Origin: Candidatus Latescibacterota bacterium
Lineage (GTDB): Bacteria; Latescibacterota; UBA2968; UBA8231
Reading direction: 5' to 3'
Assembly (NCBI GenBank): GCA_965204725.1
Contig: OZ242005.1
Span: 128,001 to 192,000, forward strand
DNA length: 64,000 bases
Shown here one piece after another: positions 55,582 to 64,000 of the stretch. Made by a program: the position numbers and the translations under genes. The notes beneath the pieces are model-generated. The model had not been told where the DNA came from, made no database searches, and saw only the letters and a list, made by a program, of their open reading frames with translations. How positions within the stretch are numbered: the first letter of the stretch is position 1; each line of letters starts with the position of its first letter.

Positions 55582-56862
55582 GTGAAATCCGCGAAAAAAC
55601 GACTCATTCCATTACTTATACTTACGAGCCTACTCGTCGCCTGCGGGGGCGACGACCGCCCGCGGCCCGGCGAGCCGACCGAGGTGGTGTTGTGGGAGTT
55701 CGGGGGCGTACCGGGGCTGCGCGCATGGGTGCAGCAGGCCGTGGCCGACTTCAACGCCGAGCGCAGCGACATCCAAATCGAGCTGGAATTCCGCGATTGG
55801 GCTACCCAGCGCGAGAGCCTGATCAGCACCACCATCGTCGGCGATGGGCCGGATATTGTGCGGGTGCATCACAAGTACGCGGTGGAGTTCGGCGAGTTGG
55901 GGGGCTTGTACGCGCTGGAGAATTTCCCCGACTTTCCCCAAGTCAAGGAGCGCGTCCTCGACAACGTCTGGGATCTGGTCGAATACGACGACCAGCACTA
56001 CGGCCTGCCGGTGACCATGCTGCCCTTCGTGCTGGCGGTCAATACCGACATCATGGCGAGGATGGGGCTCGAAGTCCCCCAGACTTGGGACGAGATGCTG
56101 GCCCTCGGCCCCAAGTTCGCCGGTACGGGGATCGATCCTTTTACCATGCCCGGGGGCGTCAACCTAGACACGGCCTACCGCTTCTTGCCGCTGCTGTACA
56201 AAGCGGGCGGGCGCGTCTTTAACGAAGATTGGTCGGCCGCCGCCTTTAACGGCCCGGCCGGGCAGGCGGCGCTGGAGTTTTTGGTCGAGATGAAGGTCAA
56301 GGGCTATTTGCCGGCCGGCAGCGCGGCGTATCGCTTCGACGAGAACGCCGCGCACTGGTCAACGGGCAAGGCGGCCCTGTCGATTGAGGGGCCGTGGTGG
56401 CAGGACATCGTCCACGGCAACTACGGCTTCGATCTGAACAATCTGGCGCTGGCGCAAATCCCCGCGCCCGCCACGCATATCGGGCCACGCGAATCGCGGA
56501 CGTTGCTCGACGTAATCATGATTTCCATAACGGGCTATACCAAGGTGCCCAATGAGGCTTGGGAAGTGGTCAAGGTGCTGGACTTGGACCATCCGGTCTG
56601 GCGCAATCCCAACCCGACCATGGGGGGTATTCCCACGCTCAAGGCGGCTTATGCCGAAGGCGTCCAGTCCGATTACATCGACTTAGACCAACTCGCTCTA
56701 GCCGGGGCCAATGGGCTGGGCTGGCCGGGGCATCCGGCCATTACCCAAATCCAGCGGCACATTGCCGACGCGGTCAATATGGCCCTGACCGGCACGCTAA
56801 GTCCCAAGGAGGCGTTGGACTTGGCGGCCGAAGAAGTGGATGAGGTGTTGAGTGATTACTAG
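55582..56862 (+). CDS. CUT1 sugar ABC transporter substrate-binding lipoprotein
   Basis: GTG start, lipobox LLVAC, GDGPDIV, HYGLP, VPQTWDE, SPKEAL. Confidence 0.88.
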   Translation: MKSAKKRLIPLLILTSLLVACGGDDRPRPGEPTEVVLWEFGGVPGLRAWVQQAVADFNAERSDIQIELEFRDWATQRESLISTTIVGDGPDIVRVHHKYAVEFGELGGLYALENFPDFPQVKERVLDNVWDLVEYDDQHYGLPVTMLPFVLAVNTDIMARMGLEVPQTWDEMLALGPKFAGTGIDPFTMPGGVNLDTAYRFLPLLYKAGGRVFNEDWSAAAFNGPAGQAALEFLVEMKVKGYLPAGSAAYRFDENAAHWSTGKAALSIEGPWWQDIVHGNYGFDLNNLALAQIPAPATHIGPRESRTLLDVIMISITGYTKVPNEAWEVVKVLDLDHPVWRNPNPTMGGIPTLKAAYAEGVQSDYIDLDQLALAGANGLGWPGHPAITQIQRHIADAVNMALTGTLSPKEALDLAAEEVDEVLSDY

Positions 56863-57745
56863 AAAAAACTTGACGCCGTACTATTTCTTGCTGCCGGCCA
56901 TGCTGGTTTTGGCGGTGGTCATCCTCTACCCGGTGTTTAGCAACCTGATCATGAGCCTGCACAAGGTGAAGCTCTTTCGCGGGGCTGGCGACGAGTTCAT
57001 CGGCCTGACCCACTACGCCAAGCTCCTCGGCAGCCGCACCTTTGTCAACAGTATATGGAGTTCGGTGCGCTTCGCGCTCTACTCCCTGCCGGTGGCCTTC
57101 GTCTTGGGCTTGGGTATGGCCTTGATCTTCAACGAAATTCGCAAGTATCGGCCGGTCTTTACTGGCTTTCTGCTCATCCCTTGGGCCATCGCCCCGGTCG
57201 TAACCGGCTACTTATGGCGCTGGCTCTTCCACGACAGCTTCGGGCTGGTCAATCACCTGCTTTTGAGCCTCGGCTTCATCGACGCCAATATCCCTTGGCT
57301 GGCGCAGCCCGACGCGGCCCTCGGCGCGGTGGTGGTCGCCAATGTTTGGCGCTTCATGCCTTATATAACCATCATGCTGCTGGCGGGTTTGCAGGGGGTT
57401 TCGGCCGAGCTATACGAGGCCGCGCACGTCGATGGGGCCAATGTGTTCGAGCGCTTCTTCCACGTGACCCTGCCGCAGCTCAAACACGTGATCGGCGTAG
57501 TCTTTCTCTTCGCCACGATTTGGATGGTCAACGACTTCGCCCTGATCTTCATAATGACCGAGGGCGGCCCGGCCAAGGCCACGCAAGTGGTGCCGATAAC
57601 GGTCTATCGCATCGCCTTTGAGCACCTGCGCCTCGGCAAGGGCGCGGCCGCCGCGCTCATTCTGCTGCTCTTTTTGCTGGCCATGAGCATCGTCTTTATC
57701 CGCGTACTCTTCCGCGAGGAGAGGCGAGGGGCGAATGCGAATTAA
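56852..57745 (+). CDS. CUT1 sugar ABC permease
   Basis: FIGLTHY, ELYEAAHVDGA (EAA motif), MTEGGP. Confidence 0.92.
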   Translation: MITRKNLTPYYFLLPAMLVLAVVILYPVFSNLIMSLHKVKLFRGAGDEFIGLTHYAKLLGSRTFVNSIWSSVRFALYSLPVAFVLGLGMALIFNEIRKYRPVFTGFLLIPWAIAPVVTGYLWRWLFHDSFGLVNHLLLSLGFIDANIPWLAQPDAALGAVVVANVWRFMPYITIMLLAGLQGVSAELYEAAHVDGANVFERFFHVTLPQLKHVIGVVFLFATIWMVNDFALIFIMTEGGPAKATQVVPITVYRIAFEHLRLGKGAAAALILLLFLLAMSIVFIRVLFREERRGANAN

Positions 57746-58574
57746 AACCCAAGCGACGCTCCGCGCCTATCTCGCCTACGGCTTAGGCTCGATTTTCGTC
57801 CTCGCGCTGGTGATGCCGCTGCTTTGGGTGGTGACCACGTCCATGCGCCCCCTGTCCGAGATGACGCAGACGCCGCCTTTAGTCTTTCCGCGCTCCCTCA
57901 CCTTGCGTGCGTACGTCGAGATGTGGGACACCGGGCCGTTTGTCAAATACTTTGCCAACAGCGTGGCGATTTCCCTTTCGACCGCCCTCATTGCCCTCGC
58001 GTTTAGCGTCTGCGCGGCCTACGCCTTTGCCCGCTTCCGCTTTCGCGGCAACACCTTGTTGCTGATGGTGGTGGTGATGTCGCAAATGCTGCCCGGCTCG
58101 TCGATCCTCATCCCGCTCTTTCAGGTGATTCGCTCGCTCGGCTTGCTCGACACGCACGTGGGCATGGTGCTGATCTACACGGGCTTTGCCATCCCCTTTT
58201 GCACTTGGCTGCTCAACGGCTATTTCCGCGCCATCCCCACCGACCTAGAGCAGGCCGCGCTCATCGACGGCTGCAATCGCCTCCAGCTACTCTACCGCAT
58301 CGTCTTGCCGCTGGCCGCGCCGGCAATCGTGGCGGTGGGGACCTTTGCGTTTTTGCTTTCGTGGAATGAATTTTTGTTCGCCTTTGTGTTTACCAAATCC
58401 CAAGCCCTGACCATTCCGGTGGGGCTGCGCGCCGCTTTTTTGGGGCAATACGTCAACAAATACGACCAGCTATTCGCCGCGTCGCTGATTTTTAGCCTGC
58501 CGCCCATCGCGCTCTTCGTGGGGTTGCAGCGGTATTTTGTGCAGGGACTGACGGCTGGGGCTGTCAAGGGATAA
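57735..58574 (+). CDS. CUT1 sugar ABC permease
   Basis: YAFARFRFRG, LEQAALIDG, SWNEF, QRYFVQGLTAGAVKG. Confidence 0.92.
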   Translation: MRIKTQATLRAYLAYGLGSIFVLALVMPLLWVVTTSMRPLSEMTQTPPLVFPRSLTLRAYVEMWDTGPFVKYFANSVAISLSTALIALAFSVCAAYAFARFRFRGNTLLLMVVVMSQMLPGSSILIPLFQVIRSLGLLDTHVGMVLIYTGFAIPFCTWLLNGYFRAIPTDLEQAALIDGCNRLQLLYRIVLPLAAPAIVAVGTFAFLLSWNEFLFAFVFTKSQALTIPVGLRAAFLGQYVNKYDQLFAASLIFSLPPIALFVGLQRYFVQGLTAGAVKG

Positions 58575-58586
58575 GGAGTCCGCGCG

Positions 58587-60161
58587 ATGCGTTTTTTTAA
58601 TACCAGCGGTCCGGTGGTCGCCGCCGACCACTACTGCATCCCGCCGTTGGAGCGGCTGAACCTTGCCGAGGTGCGTCGGCTCATTCGCGACAAACGCTAC
58701 TTCGTCCTACACGCGCCGCGGCAAACGGGCAAGACCTCGGCCCTGCTAGCCCTGCGCGATCTGCTCAACGCCGAAGGGAACTACGGCTGCGTGTACGTCA
58801 ACGTGGAAGGCGGGCAGGCCGGGAACGACGATGTGGAACAGGTGATGCGTACCATCTTGGGCGAACTAGCGTCTTGGGCGCGTTCGACGCTGGGCGACGA
58901 GTTTTTGGATGCCATCTGGCTCGATATTTTGGCAAAGTACGGTCCACGCAGCGCACTGCGCGAGGCCCTGACGCGCTGGTCAGCGGCGGCACCAAAGCCG
59001 CTGGTGCTGCTCATCGACGAAATCGATGCCCTGATCGGCGATTCGCTGCTGTCGGTGCTGCGGCAGTTGCGGGCGGGCTACGTGCGTCGGCCCGGGGAGT
59101 TTCCGCAGAGCGTGGTGTTGTGCGGGGTGCGCGATGTGCGCGATTACCGCATTCAATCGACGGCCGAGAACGCCATCGTCACCGGCGGCAGCGCGTTCAA
59201 CATCAAGGCGCGGTCGCTCCGGCTGGGCGACTTTTCCCGCGAGGAGGTGTCCGCCTTGCTGGGGCAGCACACCGCCGAGACCGGCCAAGCGTTCACCGCC
59301 GAGGCGGTGGAGACGGTGTGGACGCAGACCCAAGGGCAGCCGTGGCTGGTCAACGCCCTCGCTGACGAAGCCTGCTTTTACGGCGTCGCCCAAGACCGAC
59401 GCCATCCGGTTGCGGCCGACGCCATCCACACCGCACAAGAGCAACTCATCCTGCGGCGCGAGACGCATCTGGACCAGTTGGCCGACAAGCTCAAGGAGGA
59501 GCGGGTGCGCCGGGTAGTCGAGCCGCTGCTGAGCGGCGGCGAGCAGCGCCGCTTTGTGGACCGCGATTTGGAGTATGTGCGCGATCTGGGGCTGGTCGCG
59601 CAAGACCGTCCACTCCGCATTGCCAACCCCATCTACGCTGAAGTCGTGCCGCGCGAGTTGACGTGGGTCGTGCAAGAGGAGTTTGATCAAGAAACCGCGT
59701 GGTACGTAGATAGCGACGGGAGGTTGGACGTGGGCGAGTTGCTATCGGCGTTCCAAGCGTTCTTCCGCGAGCACTCCGAGCACTGGGTGGAGCGGTTCGA
59801 GTACAAGGAAGCGGGGCCGCAGTTGCTGTTGCAGGCGTTTTTGCAGCGCGTCGTCAACAGCGGCGGCCGCATCGAGCGCGAATACGGCCTCGGTCGGGGT
59901 CGGACGGACTTACTCATTGTATGGCCGCAGGGCGAACAGACGCGCCGGTTCGTGGTCGAGTGCAAGGTGCTGCACAAGAGCTTGGCGCAGACCGTGGCCG
60001 AGGGGGTCGAGCAGACCGCCGGGTACGTGGACCGTTGCGAGGCTGAGGCCGGTCATCCGGTGATTTTCGACCGACGTGTGGACCGACGGTGGGCGGACAA
60101 AGTGTTCCACGACCGCCGGACCGCGGACCGCGGGGTGCCGATCGATATTTGGGGAATGTAA
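58587..60161 (+). CDS. AAA-like ATPase with C-terminal PD-(D/E)xK nuclease
   Basis: RFFNTSGP, APRQTGKTS, LIDEID, GQPWLVN, REYGLGRGRTDL..VECK. Confidence 0.88.
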   Translation: MRFFNTSGPVVAADHYCIPPLERLNLAEVRRLIRDKRYFVLHAPRQTGKTSALLALRDLLNAEGNYGCVYVNVEGGQAGNDDVEQVMRTILGELASWARSTLGDEFLDAIWLDILAKYGPRSALREALTRWSAAAPKPLVLLIDEIDALIGDSLLSVLRQLRAGYVRRPGEFPQSVVLCGVRDVRDYRIQSTAENAIVTGGSAFNIKARSLRLGDFSREEVSALLGQHTAETGQAFTAEAVETVWTQTQGQPWLVNALADEACFYGVAQDRRHPVAADAIHTAQEQLILRRETHLDQLADKLKEERVRRVVEPLLSGGEQRRFVDRDLEYVRDLGLVAQDRPLRIANPIYAEVVPRELTWVVQEEFDQETAWYVDSDGRLDVGELLSAFQAFFREHSEHWVERFEYKEAGPQLLLQAFLQRVVNSGGRIEREYGLGRGRTDLLIVWPQGEQTRRFVVECKVLHKSLAQTVAEGVEQTAGYVDRCEAEAGHPVIFDRRVDRRWADKVFHDRRTADRGVPIDIWGM

Positions 60162-60167
60162 CCGCAT

Positions 60168-60221
60168 CTGGATTCCCGCCCCGTGTCGGGGCACGGGGTG
60201 ACGTCCGTTCGCGGAAATGAC
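60168..60221. repeat. REP palindrome, long variant
   Basis: Differs from 30084-30137 by one base. Confidence 0.85.
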
Positions 60222-60252
60222 TCCTAGTAACGCTTCTTAGAAAGGAATATCT

Positions 60253-61233
60253 ATGAAAAAAACATGGCTGCTGAGTCTGCTGCTGATCGCCTGCGGTCCG
60301 CTAGACGACGCGCCCGATGCACTCAAGATCGGCTACGTGATCAACTTCATGTCGCACGAGTGGTATCAAAACATTAGCAAGTCGGCAACGGCGCGGGCCG
60401 CCGAGTTGGGCGTTGAACTGATCGTCGCCGATGCCAACCTCGACGTGGCAGCGCAAATCTCCAAGGCCGAGAACCTGCTCGCCCAAGGGGTCGAGGTGCT
60501 GATTTTGTCGCCCGTCGATGCCAAGGCGATGGGGCCGGTGGTGCGGCAGGCCAAGGCCGCGGGGACCAAGGTGATTACCGAGTCCAACCCCGTGCCTGGG
60601 GCCGATAGCTACGTGGGGATCGACAACTACGCCGGCGGGGTCAAGGCCGGCGCGTGGTTTGCCGAGCACGCCCAAGCCAAAGGACTCGACCCCCAGATCC
60701 TCATCGTCGGCTTCCCCAACTTTGAGGACTGTCGGCAGCGGGTCGCCGGGTTCAAGGACGCACTCGCGGCCTCGGGGCTGGCCTATCGGATCGTCCAAGA
60801 GGTCGATGGGCAGGGCCTTAAGGAAAAGGCCTTCAAGGTGGCGCAAGACGCGCTGACGGCCAACCCGCACATCAACGCGATCTACGGTATCAACGACGAT
60901 TCGACGACCGGCGGCATGGCGGCCTACAAAGCCGCGGGCCTCGACGAAGCAGCACTAACGGCGATCGGCTTTGGCTTCGAGGGCACGGTCGGGCAGACAG
61001 CCCTCACCGGCGACACGCCCTACGAGGCGGCCCTAGCCATGTTTCCCAACTTCGTCGGCGCGACCCTGATTGACGCGGCCTTGCAGTTGAGCGAGGGCCA
61101 AGCGTTGCCCCCCCACTACGAGACGCCGACGGTCGTGGTCACCCGCGACGCGCTCGGCCGCTTCTACGACGTGAGCACCGAGCCGCCCTTCGCGCTCAAG
61201 GTGGATGCGGTGCGGGCCTTGATGGTGCAATGA
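60253..61233 (+). CDS. CUT2 (RbsB-like) sugar ABC substrate-binding lipoprotein
   Basis: Lipobox LLIAC; QISKAENL, VGIDNY, RVAGF, GINDD. Confidence 0.88.
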   Translation: MKKTWLLSLLLIACGPLDDAPDALKIGYVINFMSHEWYQNISKSATARAAELGVELIVADANLDVAAQISKAENLLAQGVEVLILSPVDAKAMGPVVRQAKAAGTKVITESNPVPGADSYVGIDNYAGGVKAGAWFAEHAQAKGLDPQILIVGFPNFEDCRQRVAGFKDALAASGLAYRIVQEVDGQGLKEKAFKVAQDALTANPHINAIYGINDDSTTGGMAAYKAAGLDEAALTAIGFGFEGTVGQTALTGDTPYEAALAMFPNFVGATLIDAALQLSEGQALPPHYETPTVVVTRDALGRFYDVSTEPPFALKVDAVRALMVQ

Positions 61234-62201
61234 ACCGCTTGCTGTCGAGGATGCTACACAGCGAGCAGGCCGGGCTGCTGCTGGCGCTGGTCTTGCTCTG
61301 CGTGGGGATTTCCCTGCTGACGCCGGTTTTCTTTACGGCCGTCAACATCAAGAATGTGCTGCGCGACGCCTCGCTGGTGGCCATCGTCGGGATCGGCATG
61401 GTCATGATCATCCTACTCGGGGAGATCGACCTGAGCGTCGGCTCAACCCAAGCCGTAGTCGGGATCATCGCCGTGGCGGTGCTCAATCAATTTGAGAGCG
61501 TGGCACTGGCACTGGGGGCCGCATTGGCCGCCGGGGCCCTCATCGGGCTGTGCAACGGCCTGTTGGTCACCAAGACGGGCATCAACTCCCTGATCGCGAC
61601 CTTAGGCATGATGGCGATTTTGCGCGGCGCGGCCATGGTCAGCACCCAAGCGGTATCCATCCAAGGCAAAGTAGAAGGCTTCGTCGAAGTGGGGACCGGC
61701 TACTGGGGGCCAATTCCGATCCCGGTGGTGGCGACCTTTGCCCTCTTAGGGCTGTTTTACTACGTGCTGCACCACACCATTCTCGGCCGCTATATCTACG
61801 CCATCGGCGGCAACATCCAAGCGGCGCGGCTGGCGGGCTTGGCCGTCGATCGCACGCGCATCTTGGTCTTTGTGCTCGGCGGCGTGCTGGCCGCGTTGAG
61901 CGCCTTTATCTTGGCCTCGCGCCTCAACTCCGGGCAGCCGAATGCCGGCTTGGGGTTTGAGTTGCAGGTGATCGCGGCGGTGATCTTGGGCGGCATAAGC
62001 CTGACCGGCGGCGTGGGGACGCTCGGCGGTGCTTTTATCGGCATCCTGATCCTGACGGTGCTCTCCAACGGCTTGGTGCTTTTGAACGTGTCGTCCTTCT
62101 ACCACGATATAGTGCGCGGCGCGGTAATTATCCTAGCCGTGTATCTGGACACTCGGCGCAAGCAGAGCCTGCTGCGGCGGCTCCTCGCCCCCCCGACATG
62201 A
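61230..62201 (+). CDS. CUT2 (RbsC-like) ABC permease
   Basis: GEIDLSVG, IATLG, GRYIYAIGGN, ELQVIAAVILGG. Confidence 0.92.
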   Translation: MNRLLSRMLHSEQAGLLLALVLLCVGISLLTPVFFTAVNIKNVLRDASLVAIVGIGMVMIILLGEIDLSVGSTQAVVGIIAVAVLNQFESVALALGAALAAGALIGLCNGLLVTKTGINSLIATLGMMAILRGAAMVSTQAVSIQGKVEGFVEVGTGYWGPIPIPVVATFALLGLFYYVLHHTILGRYIYAIGGNIQAARLAGLAVDRTRILVFVLGGVLAALSAFILASRLNSGQPNAGLGFELQVIAAVILGGISLTGGVGTLGGAFIGILILTVLSNGLVLLNVSSFYHDIVRGAVIILAVYLDTRRKQSLLRRLLAPPT

Positions 62202-63688
62202 CCCCGCTTTGCTCCTTAGAGGATATTCACAAGCGCTTCCCCGGCGTCTATGCGCTCAAAGGCGTTGATTTTGCGGTGCGGCGCGGGGAAGTCCACGCGC
62301 TGGTCGGGGAAAACGGCGCGGGCAAGAGCACCTTGATAAAAATTGCGGCCGGCGTGTACCGCTGCGACCGGGGCCGCTATCAGATCGCCGGCCGCCCCGT
62401 AGATATGCGCCATCCGCGCCAAGCCCTCGACCACGGGCTGGCGGTCGTGTACCAAGAGTTGGAGTTGGTCCCCTCGCTGTCGGTGGCCGAGAATTTGTTC
62501 TTTGGCCGCCTGCCGCACGGGCGCGGTGGGCGCGTCCAGTGGAACGCGCTCTACGACGCTTCCGCAACGCTGTTGGCCGAAGTCGGGCTGGCGGTCGATC
62601 CGCAGACCAAGGTAGGGCATTTAGGCGTGGCCGCGCAGCAATTGGTCGAGATCGCCCGGGCCTTGGCCGGCGACGCCCAAATAATCGTCATGGACGAGCC
62701 GACCTCGGCCCTGAGTACGCGCGAGATCGACAAGCTGTTCGCGCTCATCGGCCGACTCAAGGCGCGCGGCGTGGGCGTGGTCTATGTATCTCATAAGCTC
62801 GCCGAGGTCATGGCGCTGGCCGACCGGGTGACGGTCTTGCGCGACGGAGTGCGCGTCGCCTGCGCGCCGGCCACCGACCTCGACGAGGAGCAACTCATCG
62901 CGCTCATGGTCGGGCGGGCGTTGGGCCAAGGGTTTCCGGCGGCCGATCGCACCCTGGGGCCGGGGGTGCTAACGGTGGAGGGGTTGACCACGGACCGGGT
63001 GCGGGATATTTCCTTCCGGGTGTGCGCTGGGGAAATCGTCGGGTTTTCCGGGCTGATGGGCGCGGGGCGCACCGAACTGGCGCGGGCCGTGCTGGGGGCG
63101 GATCGCCGCCGCGCTGGGACGGTCGCCATCGGCGGGGTCGCCGTGCCGGCAAACGCACCGGAGCGGGCGCGCACCTTGGGGTTGGGACTCGTGCCGGAGG
63201 ATCGCCGGGCCGACGGCCTGTTCGCGCAGCAGAGCGTACGGGCCAACGCGAGTGTCGCAGCCTTGGAGCAGTTTTGCCGCGCTGGGCACGTGCAAACGGG
63301 CCTGGAGCGGCAGCAAGTTGGCGCACTCATTGCGCGCCTGCGCGTCCGTCCCCCCGACCAAGAGCAGGCCATCGCCCGGCTCAGCGGCGGCAATCAGCAA
63401 AAGGCGCTGCTGGCCCGCTGGCTGCTCAAGGAAAACCTGCGGGTGCTGCTCGTGGATGAGCCGACCCGGGGAATCGATGTCGGCGCCAAGGCCGAAATTT
63501 ATCAACTGCTGGACGAACTGGCGCGCGAGGGGCTGGCGATCGCGATCTTCTCCTCGGAAATGCCCGAAATTTTGGGGCTGTGCGACCGGGTGTACGTGAT
63601 GCGCGCCGGGCGGATCGCCGCCGAGTACAATCGAGCCGAGGCCACGCCGGAAAAACTCTTGGCCAGCGCCCTGCCCGGGGGCCGCTAA
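62198..63688 (+). CDS. CUT2 (RbsA-like) ABC ATP-binding protein, two NBDs
   Basis: GENGAGKST, MDEPT, SHK, LSGGNQQK, DEPTRGIDVGAK. Confidence 0.94.
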   Translation: MTPLCSLEDIHKRFPGVYALKGVDFAVRRGEVHALVGENGAGKSTLIKIAAGVYRCDRGRYQIAGRPVDMRHPRQALDHGLAVVYQELELVPSLSVAENLFFGRLPHGRGGRVQWNALYDASATLLAEVGLAVDPQTKVGHLGVAAQQLVEIARALAGDAQIIVMDEPTSALSTREIDKLFALIGRLKARGVGVVYVSHKLAEVMALADRVTVLRDGVRVACAPATDLDEEQLIALMVGRALGQGFPAADRTLGPGVLTVEGLTTDRVRDISFRVCAGEIVGFSGLMGAGRTELARAVLGADRRRAGTVAIGGVAVPANAPERARTLGLGLVPEDRRADGLFAQQSVRANASVAALEQFCRAGHVQTGLERQQVGALIARLRVRPPDQEQAIARLSGGNQQKALLARWLLKENLRVLLVDEPTRGIDVGAKAEIYQLLDELAREGLAIAIFSSEMPEILGLCDRVYVMRAGRIAAEYNRAEATPEKLLASALPGGR

Positions 63689-63726
63689 GATCTTTCATCC
63701 CTATCCATTCCATAGAGAGGTGTACC

Positions 63727-64000
63727 GTGAAAATCCTAATCACCGGCGGCACTGGCCGCGTCGGAGCCAACCTAGCCAAAGCCCTGCTCGACAAAGGGCA
63801 CACCATCCGCTCGTTTGTCTATCCCGGCGACCAAAGCCGCGCCCACAAGCTCGACGACTTTGAGCGCGTCGAGACCCTCGAAGGCGATTTACGCAATTTT
63901 GCCGATGTGCGCCGCGCTGTTGAGGGCGTCGATGCGGTGTACCACATTGCTGCGGCCTTTGGCGGCCCCTTTGACAACCGCGAATACCTCGACATCAACG
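63727..64000 (+). CDS. NAD-dependent epimerase/dehydratase (3'-truncated by window edge)
   Basis: GAGG RBS, GTG start, MKILITGGTGRVGANL...GDL...VDAVYHIAA. Confidence 0.85.
   Translation, partial: MKILITGGTGRVGANLAKALLDKGHTIRSFVYPGDQSRAHKLDDFERVETLEGDLRNFADVRRAVEGVDAVYHIAAAFGGPFDNREYLDIN

Overview
64 kb of GC-rich bacterial chromosome. The mix of C-terminal FlgD-Ig secreted proteins, DUF6785-type transporters, many sugar-acid enzymes and dispersed defence genes resembles Latescibacterota/FCB-group MAGs; this taxonomy is inference only. A housekeeping block (C4 zinc-ribbon protein, RNase P RNA, pyrF, tRNA-Pro) is followed by catabolic and ABC-transport genes. These are interrupted by one- or two-gene defence-like inserts: a type II R-M pair, an AbiE-like pair, a UDG-fold protein, GmrSD-like DUF262/DUF1524, two AAA-nuclease genes and Uma2. 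There is also a CotH/TonB/FG-GAP surface operon and a broken Ig-domain adhesin. The best finding is an IS110 (IS621-type) element at 21752-22946 whose left non-coding end folds into a complete bridge RNA. Its target-binding loop matches a palindromic repeat (GTCATTCCCGCGnnnGCGGGAATCCAG) into which the element is inserted. Its donor-binding loop matches the element's own circle junction, and that junction forms a sigma70 promoter. Empty copies of the target sit inside a MITE family at 11.6 and 33.3 kb, with a longer variant in the 30.1 kb MITE, giving a nested IS110/REP/MITE arrangement. All family assignments come from motif recognition by eye; no database searches were run.
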